From the NCBI GenBank assembly GCA_900088475.1, contig FLMG01001958.1, positions 1-53,891 on the forward strand: a DNA stretch of 53,891 bases, in the 5' to 3' direction. This stretch comes from Hyphochytrium catenoides. Its lineage: Eukaryota > Protista > Hyphochytriomycota. Shown one piece after another: positions 1 through 10,959 of this stretch; the first letter of the stretch is position 1, and each line of letters starts with the position of its first letter. A model generated the notes under the pieces. That model was not told the origin of the DNA. It saw only the letters and a list, made by a program, of their open reading frames with translations, and did not search any database. Both the position numbers and the translations under genes were made by a program.

Positions 1-899
1 GATTACCACACCAGTCTGATATAAAGGGTCAGGTCTAGACCCTTTTAAAGAAGCAAAAGACTAGTGAGGGCGAGTGAAGGTCAAGATGTCGCCATACAAA
101 TCATCTTTTGAAAAGAAAAGTTGGGGCCTCCTGCTTCACTCTGTCTCTTCTCTACAGATGAAAATTTCATATATCTGTTAGGAACTCCTGCTATATCACC
201 TTAGACGCTCAGTAGGAGACAATATCAAGAAGAACTAGATTATCGTGCTGGTACTTCTAGCGTCACGTACGTTACATCTTACTACTAGGCCACATGGTAG
301 TGTTCCTTTCTAAACCCTATATACTGCATCCTCACATGGTAATGCGTCTATTTGGAGCCGGTAAGAGGATGAGCTATCGGCTGTGTGCTGTCTCTAAAAC
401 AAAATAGAGCCTTGTAACAAGCTACAGGCTGTTAGTAACGATCTCCTAGCTCGTCGCTATTTCCTGATATAGTGCAATAAGGGGTTACTTATACCTCTGA
501 CAGAAAGATCCTTATATAAAAGACAGAGGCTAATACACTAACGAAGTATTTTTATATTGCCGCCTTGGGGCACAAGAAGTGCTTTCGTTGTTGGTGTGTC
601 TCATCAGCTCATCAGCGCCATCTGAAGCGACACACCCAAATCTCATTGAAAAGTCAAGCGGCGCGTGCCTGCGCGTTGCTTGTCAGTCAGTCATCAGCAT
701 CAGCGCTGTGGAGCCATGGCAAGAGGAGGAAACTGCCGTCTTCAACTAGCCTCGTGTAGCTTTTGGCGTGCTGGACAGGACTTGGGGCCGACGATGGCAC
801 GACTTTCTTACCGTGACCGTCAACAAGCAGACATCAATCTGCTGAGACGCACTTACTCCTTAGCTGGAGACAAGAGAGCCTGGTTGATGACGACGAAGT

Positions 900-1750
900 T
901 CTCCGCTCACTCTCATGCCTCCTCTTCTTCTTCTTGAAGTTTGGAAACATCTGACTTGCGCAGGATACGAAAAATGTAGCTGCCGTCGTCCAATGCAATG
1001 TCAGGATTGAGTTGGCCCCGTTGCCAGGGACTAGAAAAACTCCGTCGAGCACTTGGCGAGCATTCGCATACGTGTTAGCCAAGATGAAAAAGGTCACGAG
1101 TTGGAAAGCTGTTTATAAAGAACCCTCTACTTGCTGTTCCAACTCTCAGCACTGTTTTCCTTGCTGTTGAGTCTTCAGCTACCTGAGGACCCTTGCGCCC
1201 GGGCTATACTAGATCGGTACTGAGTACCAGTCAAATCAAAAGAAGAGCTATGTCCTTGTTAGGTCGTTTTCGGGTTGTCACTGTCGGACTCCTTGCAGCC
1301 TTGAGCAGCTACATCGCGGTGAAAGAAGAGAGGGTTGCGGCACATCTATCTTACCAAGGGAAACGTAGCTTGGGCAGAAATAAAACCACACACGGTCGCA
1401 AAGACCATTTGGCTTCTGATCTTGACTCAGGAGGGAAGTAGTCGGTGACTGGCCACGTCAAACTTTTCTCTAGTGTGCTCCTTGCTTGTGACTCTCCTGC
1501 CTTTTATATTGGTCGCTAGGATCTTGGAGGAGGTGAGAGATCGCTCTCTTGCACACAGGGAGTGATCCTTGCTGCCATCGATAAACAAATATGTTATATA
1601 ACTGACAAAGCATAATGGAGGGGTGGATGCCTTTGATAATGTAATGCCTCTGGAAGTAAAAAATGGCCAGCAGCACAGTATAGAGCAAAGTTGGAACCCA
1701 CAAAGGCAACTAGCCAGGATCCTACGACACATGTGGCCTATTCTTCTCAC
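900..1750 (-). mobile_element. Highly decayed tyrosine-recombinase (DIRS-like) fragment
   Basis: Minus-strand frames, broken by stops and frameshifts, show YR-like pieces in the expected order: FFTSRGITLS..TPPLCFVSYITYLFIDG (N-terminal domain-like, ~1575-1670), ATVCGF..LR..RDV (box I-like, ~1310-1400), PKTT*QG (SKTDQ-like, ~1254-1274), ..TTAATF (~980). Matched by eye only. Confidence 0.28.
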
Positions 1751-4700
1751 CAAACCAACGGATAAGGATAAGGATAAGTGAGTTAAAGGAGACCCAGCGA
1801 CTCCCACCCGACGGAACAAGGCGGAAGGGAAGAAAGGACCACAAGAAAAATGTACTTCGCCATTTTGCCATTCGGAAGGGCTGACGGTTCGCCCTCCGCT
1901 GGGTCTCAGTGGCTGGGTGGGCTGGCTGCCATATACCTTGCAGCTGACATTGACCATCACATTTGGCTGACACTGTAGCTACTGTTGGACATCAAGACCC
2001 AAACGCAGCAGCAGCAGAACACCCAGCACAGCAGAACACTGTCCATGGATCGTCCGACTGTGTTCGATTGTGCTGTCAATAAGCAGCTGTTCAAGATGGA
2101 CTAGGTCCTAAAGAGATCGCGGCCAATGCTGCTTGCTTGAGGCTGTACATTTTTTAATAGGTCGTGTAACTGCGTCGCTAACTGCGGTTCCCTTCCTCGC
2201 CTGGCTGCCCATAATAGACGCCTTACTGACTATTTGCTGGCTCTTAGACATGAAGGTGCCCTAACCTGGCCTCTAATGACGGGCAGCACGACTCTTCATT
2301 AGAAGACATCATGGTTCTATTACTTGGTACTACTTGTTAAACCTCTTACTGATGGTGTTGATGGGAAGAGAGAGGCTTTATTAAAGATGAACGAATGAGC
2401 GGAAATCTTCCCCTCCTTGGTCTGCCGCCAAAAGTGCCGCCCTCTCTCTTCGTTCTACATGCTACTAGCAAGCAAGTCAACTTCAGAGCGCTGCCTTCCT
2501 ACTACCAGCTTCCTCTCTCACCGCTCGCACGCGTTCCCCAATGACATCACTCTCCTCCTTCTTTGCTTCTTCGTCACCAATAACAACAAGTACCTCACCT
2601 CCTAACGACGAGCAGCAGGCTATTGAGAGCCGAAGCAGAAGAAAGACAATATGCACTGAACCCACCTCCCCTATTAGACAAACCTTCTTTTTCTTCGTGG
2701 GTCCTGCATTTTCAGCATTGTTCGTAACATTAACTTTGGCGTCTTTAGAAGAGACCGGCCAATCTAGGCCAAGATTAGGATTCAGGACCTAGTACTGATG
2801 ATTGTCAAAGAACAAGCGCTGTCGGTGGCGGGAGGGCGAGGACAAAAATTTGTCTCTTGGACTTTCTTTCCCGTCTAATAAAGATTCTTTAGGACTCGCC
2901 CATCATAGTCAGAGGGGCGTTAGGCTCTTAACCTCTGAAAGAAGTCGCTCTTTCAGACAAGTGAGAACCACCAGCAACGGATAGTTCTTTGGGTGAGTCC
3001 TATAGAATCTCTGTTGAGCCTCGATCGGCAACGTATTAAAGTCCATCATCATAACAAGTTGACAAGGAGGAGAAGAGATCAGAGGATATGTCGTCGTCGG
3101 ACCATCATGATGAAAAGAGAGCAGAGGCATACTTATCTGGTGCCTCTTCCTCTTCAGCAGCCACATGCATTTCTCTTGTTGAGTACCTTCAGCGCGAAAC
3201 GCAAGAAATGTGGGACCTCACTTTAATATATGGTACCTGCCATACCTTCCCGGCTGTCCCCTATCATCGAAATTGCGGCGTTGCCCAAGCACATCATATT
3301 CGTCAAGAAGCAGAGACCACCAAGGACGGGGACAAAGGCAGAGCTCGCGTAACTTTTTTCCCTTCCCTCAGCATGTCCATTTCCGATCTCTGGGCAGGAC
3401 CGTCAGCAACATCCGGTTCTTACGCATGCTTGTTGCAGAATTTTCAGCAAAATACTCAATATTTGATTGTCGTTGGCGAAGAAAAATCTCATTTTCATCC
3501 TCGTCCAAACCTGAATGCTCCTTACTGGCTCGAGTCGAGGTACTGAGAGGACTGAATAATCTCCTCATTCTCCACAGTTTATAGACGGGGTGCTGCAATG
3601 GTCTCATCATGATGCACAACGCTTGATGGACTTAGCCGGGGCATTCCCTGCTAGGTAGAGTCCAACAATATATCAATCTGATGGATAAGGCTGGCGCAAG
3701 CCAACAAAGGGCTCTATCACTCCGTGTGTTTTTATCCCCGCCCTCGCCACCACGACGGCACCTAGCAGGGTTGAAGAAGACGGGGCGGGCTAAGAAACAT
3801 TCTTGTTTGGAGACTATTGAGAAGATGTCGGCTACTATCATCAGGCTTGTGTGCCGTCTCATTAATGTGCCCGCCTTCATCGCGTGGACTCAGTGCGTCG
3901 CTCTCGGATGGACAAGCAGTTGCATACGCCAGAAGGCCAAATGGCATGACAAACAAAGTTTCCCGCGCAAAGAAATACACTGTCCACCTAAAGATAGAGA
4001 TGTTGCTGGTTGAGCAACACGCGAGCATCATGATGGCCTGGCTCTTTGTATTCGGACTTATTGTTTGTCCATTTGGGCTGATGATGACGGGGAAAGATTA
4101 GAGCCACCAACACCGTCATCCATGATGAGAGTTATTTATCTTGGTCCTATTATCGCGTATGCAGTTGCTAATGAAAGCTTTTGCTACGGTCACGACTAGC
4201 CATCCAGCAAAGCGTACCTGAGGAGCAAACGAAAAGTCAATAACTCATCTGTCATCTTGTCCATCTATTGCTCTTCGCCGGAGCGGCATCTTCATGAATG
4301 ATCAGGAACATCATAACAAATATTTTGATCTTCATAAAAACACGTTGGTTCCTTCCCCCATCGAGGTCCTACCACGCCCCCCATCCGCCGCCCAGTAGGA
4401 GCCTAGCAACCAAGCAGGATACAGCCTCTCCAGGAGGGTCTTGACGGGCTTTCTTTGGCGATAAATAAAAGCAAATAGCGGCAACCTTGGTATAAATGAA
4501 GGGAACACCATTCGTCGTTGTTCATAATGGGCTTTTAACGGCTTGGGAGGTCATTGCCCCTTTGGAGCCAGTCATCGAGGGCAATCCGCTATGACCAAAC
4601 AACCGCGCCTTTCCCGCCCAATCAAGCCGCACTGGCACCAGGAGAACATGTTATACGAGGGCCCTGACTTACTACGGCCTTGTTCATTGGCAGCAATATC

Positions 4701-5009
4701 GTGAGTGGTTGTTCGTTATTATTTAGTGGCCAAAGGCCAAGCTCGTGCCTCCAAACAAAGAGGATATGTCAGAGTTATGGAGAATGGAGGTTGATGACGG
4801 GATATTGGATATAGACAAAGTAACTGGCTTGATGAACTCTGGTCTCAGCTCCCTTATTATCGCTCCTCTCTAGCCCAGAACCACAAACTGCCAGCACACT
4901 TAGACCCTACACTGGAGGAGGACCGTAATAAAGTGATTTCTCTCTCATCAGGCTAGTGTATACTGCACTGTTGAGATCTTCATGCATTCATCCAAGGTAC
5001 ATGCCCAAT

Positions 5010-5350
5010 TCTGTCCTTTGGCTCTTGCGGGTGACCATGGATCTTTTTCCAAACATCATAAAAACTTGTTACCTTTACCTTTGTCATCTTGGCTGTGGCA
5101 TTCGTCTGTACTACAGAACACCCTTCCAGTGTGCAGCATTCGGCTCTCAGGCTTAGCAGGCCCTAGCAGGCCCTAGATGTATCTCCTAGTCCTTTCGGAG
5201 CCCAACTGATGATGTGATGAGCATCAGAACAACGACAAGAAAGTACAAGAAGAGCATGGCTGAGCGACTGCCATAGCGTGTTGTTGGCCATCCAGCCGCC
5301 ATGATTCTTTGGCCGTGGTGGCGCCAGTAAGGCGCTTGTGCATTGCCACT
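5010..5350 (+). mobile_element. Decayed DIRS-type reverse transcriptase fragment
   Basis: Across frameshifts reads LSFGSCG*PWIFF..IIKTCYLYLCHLGCGIRLYY (cf. DIRS RT LPFGLxxAPWIFTKxxKxxVxYLRxxGIR), then RVVGHPAAM/SLAVVAPVRRL. No intact YxDD seen. Confidence 0.3.
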
Positions 5351-5875
5351 ACGAAGTAGCTTCAGAGACAACCACTATGCCTCTCGCGGTCAACGGGCTG
5401 AAGCGCCAACCAAGTTCCAAAAAAGCACGCACAAGTAACACATCTCTCTTTTTAGCGTATCAGCTGACGTGTTGACGACTGGTTCTCAAGGTTTCCCGGC
5501 AAATTTGGATGGACCAAAGTTACTGGTGATTCTTCATTGTGAAGGATACCTCCTACATCCCATCCATCTGCAGAAAGAAGTCTCATTGCAAGCAGCCTCC
5601 TTGCCACTGACCTCTTCACCTACCAGGAGGGTATAAGCTGACTGCACAGGCAACAAACTGGCAATGATCGTCCCTCCCTCCAAGCTCGTCGTTTTGGTCT
5701 TCATCTTTGGCCTTTGTCCTCTGACAGGCCCGCAGCACCTCTGTCTGTTGGCGTCCATTCACTCTTCGTACAGAAGAGGCAGATCTCTGTACAGCTCCAG
5801 CAAGGCCTTCTCTGCTGAACAATTGTAGGGACATTTGACATCACCTCTGTTCACTTACAATAGACCGCTCTTCGA

Positions 5876-5973
5876 CCAATCACATCATAGATATAAAGCT
5901 TAGCTCCAATCACAGCTAGGCTTGTCTCCCTCTAGCCAATCAAGATAAGGCTGTTTGTCTCGAGGGCCAATCA
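5876..5973 (+). promoter_or_regulatory. Array of four phased CCAATCA boxes (NF-Y-type)
   Basis: CCAATCA starts at 5876, 5906, 5936 and 5967 (spacing 30, 30, 31 nt), same orientation, with largely dissimilar spacers. Confidence 0.5.
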
Positions 5974-6559
5974 GAGGGTGGCAACATAATTCATGACAAA
6001 GTAGGGTTGCCAGTGGGGCGTTACAGCTCACAAAGCCTGCAGCTTCGCTGGTTGTTCTCTTGGCTAGTTTTCTGGAATCAGAAACGATCGTCTGTGTGGT
6101 CAGTAGGAGTTCCTAGAGACGCAGGTGCCTTTGCCTGGCCTAGCGTCAGCGCCGTACATAGTTCTTCAGGTACAAAAGTAGGCAAGTTGAGGTGGCGGAC
6201 AATGGTACCGTTAGGACATCCTTTATTGCTCTGGATAGAAAGGCCTTCAACGCTTCTTCGTGGTGTCTGTTCGATAGTCTTGGAAAACCAGTGATGACAA
6301 TCAGTAATATAAGAGAGGGCTAGGGTTTGTGTGAGAACTGAATCTCTCTCTCTAGTACAACGACAACATGGATTGCTCCCACCAATTATGAGAGAATGTA
6401 GAGTGGAAAGGACTAAGATTCGAGGATTGTGTGGTAGGACAGGCTAAATCCCGAAGATGTAGGGTTTGTACAAGGAGGTTGTGTCAACTGGCGATTGGTG
6501 CAGGCAGTCTCAAGGTCTATTTATCTTCCAAGCTAATACGGAGTAACTACTATGAAAAC

Positions 6560-7310
6560 AAGTGAACTGCTCCTGCTCCCTATTCTTTTTGGGATAGATG
6601 TCCTGTTATTCATCCAGGCCACAAGGCCTATAAACTTTGAACGATGTGCAGTTTTGGAAGTTGTGGGCGGTCTGCACCAAGGTCTGCAAAGTACAGTTCC
6701 ATAAAAACTTGTGCTTACTCTCAAGCCGCTTGGAATAAGCCTAACACCACCCTAAAGATAGTCTCATAGAGCCTCTTGTCCGAAACTACTGTCCTTCCCC
6801 AATGCGGATCTCTTTTCTCATGGTGCCTATTTGGCCGCATCAAGTTCCCCACCCATCCCAAGGTACAACGTTAGACAGTGTCGTCATCGGCGATGGCGGT
6901 CAAGATACAGCAGCATGGATATTCTTCGCTCTCAGCCCTTGTCTGGTGCAAGTTCGATGTCCAAAGAGCGCCATCTGTCGCTTGCCGCTCGCCAGGCTCG
7001 TCTCTTCTACTGGCTGCAGACACTTCTTGTCCCTCATCATCACAATAATAAGACTATGATGCGGTTCTATAGAACAGGTTCTCAAAAGGCATTTATAAAG
7101 TTAGAGACTTTCGGCCATAAAGAGAGAGTTGTGGATACCATCCAAAGCCCCCTTCCCTTTCCGCCCTCGAACGCAGTAGTGGTGTAAATGGACTTGGATT
7201 GGCCAGAACCCCCCCGCATTTGGGTTGGTCTCAACGAGACCGAAACAGGCTTGAGGGCCAGAGTGTCCACTCCTAAGAATCCTGCCCTCCACTTTTTTGC
7301 GGGTACACGA
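6560..7310 (-). mobile_element. Decayed DIRS-like methyltransferase-domain plus tyrosine recombinase fragment
   Basis: Minus strand, with frameshifts: W.AGFLGVDTLAL (~7252-7292), ANPSPF, WYPQL (~7127-7141) resemble the DIRS MT domain. Then SGLRVS..ELYFADL (~6679-6733, YR box I-like) and TGH..KRIG (~6578-6606, HxxR-like). Confidence 0.35.
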
Positions 7311-7525
7311 GAGGAAGAGAGAGAGAGGAAGGGGGAGGACAAGGGACGAAAAAAGACAGAAAGAAAGAAGGTAAGGAGAGAGAGAAAAGGCTTTCCTTTG
7401 GACGAGGAAAGAGAGAACGAGACAGAGAGAGAGAGAGAGAAGGCAGACTAAGAGCGTCATGGAGAGAGAAGGTATAAGAGAAAGAGAACGACAGAGAGAG
7501 ACAAAGAGAGAGAAAGAGAGAGAAA
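7308..7525. repeat. Purine-rich imperfect (GA)n low-complexity tract
   Basis: Directly visible. It generates spurious SLSL/ERER ORFs. Confidence 0.9.
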
Positions 7526-7693
7526 CCTGCGACATTCAGTAGCGATGAGTGACCACTGGATGTCATACAGAGGAGCAATCTCCCATAGGGATTCAGTACA
7601 AAGGGGGGTGTCATAGATATTGTGACTGCAGCACCTGAAAGACAACACCTGCGCATCATAGAAGATGCCCAATGTTCACAGCATAAAACAAAG

Positions 7694-7697
7694 GAGA

Positions 7698-7755
<58 letters not shown>

Positions 7756-7756
7756 G
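7694..7756. repeat. (GA)n microsatellite
   Basis: Near-perfect GA dinucleotide run upstream of the ARM gene. Confidence 0.97.
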
Positions 7757-8189
7757 CCCGCTCTTTTAGTTCCTAGTGACACAGCTCGAGGGAACAACGA
7801 TTTTCTTTCCTCTTTCCTCCTCTGCCTCTCTCTGATGGGGAGGGAGAGAGAGAGGCGAGGAAGCAGCGGAACGAGTAAAAAACGATCACACCAGACCAAG
7901 CAACAGAACTGAAAAGGACAGACGATCACGAAGCCGCTCGCAGAAGCCTCACGCGACGGTCAGGCCTAATAGCGCTCTGTTTACCTTCGTGGCAACCAAC
8001 AAAAAGCAGAGCAGAGCGTAGAGTGCGCAGTAGCCGGAATAGCCTGGCTGTTAAAAAAATCTTGCCAGATCTTAAGCACTCTCAAAGGAACTGAAGTTGC
8101 ATTTGAGATTTACCTCTGCCCCGTCAAGAGAGAGACGAGGCGGTGGTAGACGCGTTTCTCTGTCTATTTCTTCTGGCGCGTGCAGAAGC

Positions 8190-10794
8190 ATGTCATTGCT
8201 AGCTGCCAATCCGTTGCCCTTTGCAGAGCCTTTTGGCCAAGCGAGGAGGGATATGGATTTCCATGACACAGCCTTTGGCAACGCTCAGAAGAATCTTCGA
8301 GACCTAGGTAAGATTAATTGTTCAAAGTCTATCAGTATCTGGAAACTTATCGCGTCAAAGCTAACGCCATATTTGGGAATGCTTAGGCGAAGGACGTGAT
8401 CCTCCGTTATCACTGGCCTCCTATGCTTGCAAACAAGCCTTCGTGCCTCTCCATCGCATGAAGCACGAGCTCGTTAGTGAAAAGAGCTCCATTCGTGGTG
8501 GCTTGACTCGGGTTGCAGCTGCAGTAAAAGCTGTGGGCCAGGCATCTGGCTCCTTCATGACTTTTGTCGGTGAGAAGACCTCTGACCTTGGCCGCAAGAG
8601 TCTTACCTCTGAGCTGGGACGCAAGAGCCTCAAGCAAAAGGATTTGGACGCCGTCAAGGCCGCTAGTGTTCCGGCCCCCTTGGCTCCGTCTACTTCGCCC
8701 TCAGTGATCCCCGCTCCTCTATCGGCTATAACGACACCAACCCCAACTACCTCTATCCCTTCAACCACGCCAATTTCGGTGATCTCTACTCCTGCCCAGC
8801 TTCACGCTTCTAGACCCACTGTTGCCTCATCGGAAACGGAGGAGACGAAACCAGCTATCACTCAGGCAGACGAGCCAGTTAAAGTCACTCTTGTGGGTCC
8901 CAACACTGTCGACATGCACCAGCCTTTTGAAATCCATGCAGTGACCACAAAAAGCTCGATGAACCTGTCCGACGAGACTCTCAAGGGCGCCTCTTCCATG
9001 GGCGAGACCGTGCTAGGCTCGCTCACGGATACACTGAAGGTTGCGCCACAGGGCCAACTCAATTTTATCGTCTCTCTGCGTGGAGGCTTGAATGAGACCA
9101 CGGGGAAATCTAACCTCATTCTTCAGAGCCAGAAATGGTCTTGGGATTCGAGCAAGCCGATGAAGACTACTTCCTTCAAGTTCACCGCCCCCACACAGGC
9201 AGGCATCTACCGTGGTTGTCTCACTATTCTATACAAGGGCAATCAAGACAGTGAAGCTAAGGTAGCAGCAAACATGTACTTCCTGATGAAGGTGAAGAAG
9301 CCTAAGCGAAAGCACTGGTGGAACACGGTTTTCGACCGCTTCATTAACTCTACTACCGGTATCAATGTCGCTCATCCTGTCTTCCAGCGCAAGATCTCCT
9401 CTGTGACAAAGCTTGTAGCATCTATCACACCGTCCTCGTGGCTTCGCTCTGGCTCGGACCTCTCTGACAAGTACCGCATGCATGTTTTGGAGACTCTGTT
9501 GACCAAGTTGAAGAATGGCTCTAAAAACGAAATCCTTATTGCTGCCGTCGCTATCGCTGACCTGGCTCAGCATGACAATGTACGGTCTACCCTGGTTGAG
9601 TATGGCATGGTTGATCCCCTGGCGCGTCTCGTATATTTTGGTGAAGAAAGCACAAGAGCACAGGCGCGAGCAGCATTGGCAAACCTTGCATTTGGCAATC
9701 ACGCTTACACAGAGACGGTTCTTCTGGCAATGCGGCGAGCATTTCTCCTTGCTTCCTATCATTTTCTCGTCGGTCAGATGGCCAGCGGGTCTACCTCTGC
9801 CAACCAGGTGAGCGCCACCAACGCCGTGGCCCATCAGATGGGTACAGGTTACCGCTCCAATAACGCTGGAGACGGGCCAGAGAAGACTCGTGATGGCAAG
9901 TGGTGGTTTCCTCGTTTCAAGAGCAACTGGTTCGGAGACTTCAGATCCAAGAATCTCTACCGCTGCTGCGAGTGTGCTCTAAAGGGCGAGAGGCTCCAAC
10001 GGTGCAATCGCGCTGTCGGGAAGCATTGTGTGTGCGGGCAAGATCAATGGATTCAGGCCCGTGATGAAGAGGCCAGGGAGATGAAAATGAGACAAGAAGT
10101 CAGTCAGAGGTATGGAGGCATCCGTTATGAAGAGGCTATCGCTCTTGCGAAAGCAGAAAGTGAGCACGCCTTAAAGCGCAAATGGACAGAGCTCTCTCAT
10201 CATCTTTCAGCGGATGAGCCCTTGATGAAGAGACTCCATACTGTCGACTCTCCCACGGCAATCTCTGCAGTGGCCGATCTTCAAAACCTCTCGTCACTCA
10301 TTCAGCTTAGCAACTTGCGCGGGGCTCTGCTAGAGCAGCAGCTGCTTGGCGGGTTCAAGGTTGCTCAGATGCTACCACCATCAGCAGCATCTCTATTGAA
10401 CACACCTCTGGCTTTCCACTGCGATTCTCTGGGGACAGATGGTCTCGCGAACTCGAATGGCGAAAAGGTGATGCACGAGTCTCTTATATTGGAGTCTTCA
10501 TTGGATGACCTGCCGCTGAACCTTGAAGGGATTCCTCTCTTCGAGGACATTACTGATCTGGACCTGGACCACTTCGTATTCGCGGAGGACTTTGCACCTC
10601 TGTCAGATCAAGCAAAGACTGAAAATCACACGTTGGCTGGAGCTACTCTCTTTTTGGAAGAGCCCAGCGGGGAAGTGGATATCTTTGCGGTGAAGGAGGA
10701 CACCATCAAGGTCGACTCAGAACCTCAGCATCAAATCGAGCCCGTCCCTCTCAGCCTGCCAGATACATCTGCGCTATCAACTCAAACCGCTTAA
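8190..10794 (+). CDS. ~841 aa protein with Ig-like beta domain, ARM repeats, Cys-rich motif and acidic C-terminus
   Basis: Exons 8190-8307 (G|GTAAGA, phase 1) and 8387-10794 (CTAAC branch, CTTAG acceptor) join in frame with the 783-codon ORF. ARM-like segment: EYGMVDPLARLVYFGEESTRAQARAALANLA. Also FKFTAPTQAGIYRG and CCEC..C..HCVC. Alternative start at 8253. Confidence 0.85.
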
Positions 10795-10959
10795 GTAGGA
10801 GAAAAGTCTCCGTTGCATGTGGAAGAATATTTTATACTATCTATTTCAAGGAAAGAAGGCGTTGCCGTCGAAGCGACGCAGTGGACCTCTGGCTCCACGA
10901 CTTTTTGTATGTCTTTTGCCTATACTTCTGACTCAAGGGTAGTGGTCTACCTCTTATAT

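Noticed and set aside
2400-4750. Several 80-150 aa ORFs (e.g. 3088-3546)
   Set aside because: No recognisable motif or consistent splice chain. Possibly TE debris, but this cannot be supported.
6320-6470. TAGGGTTT telomere-like words (also ~37071 and ~48041)
   Set aside because: Isolated single copies, not tandem arrays.
7101-7929. ORFs of 144-218 aa (SLSLSL / ERERE)
   Set aside because: Artefacts of GA/CT repeats that lack stop codons. The same applies to 38050-38703 and 52584-52766.
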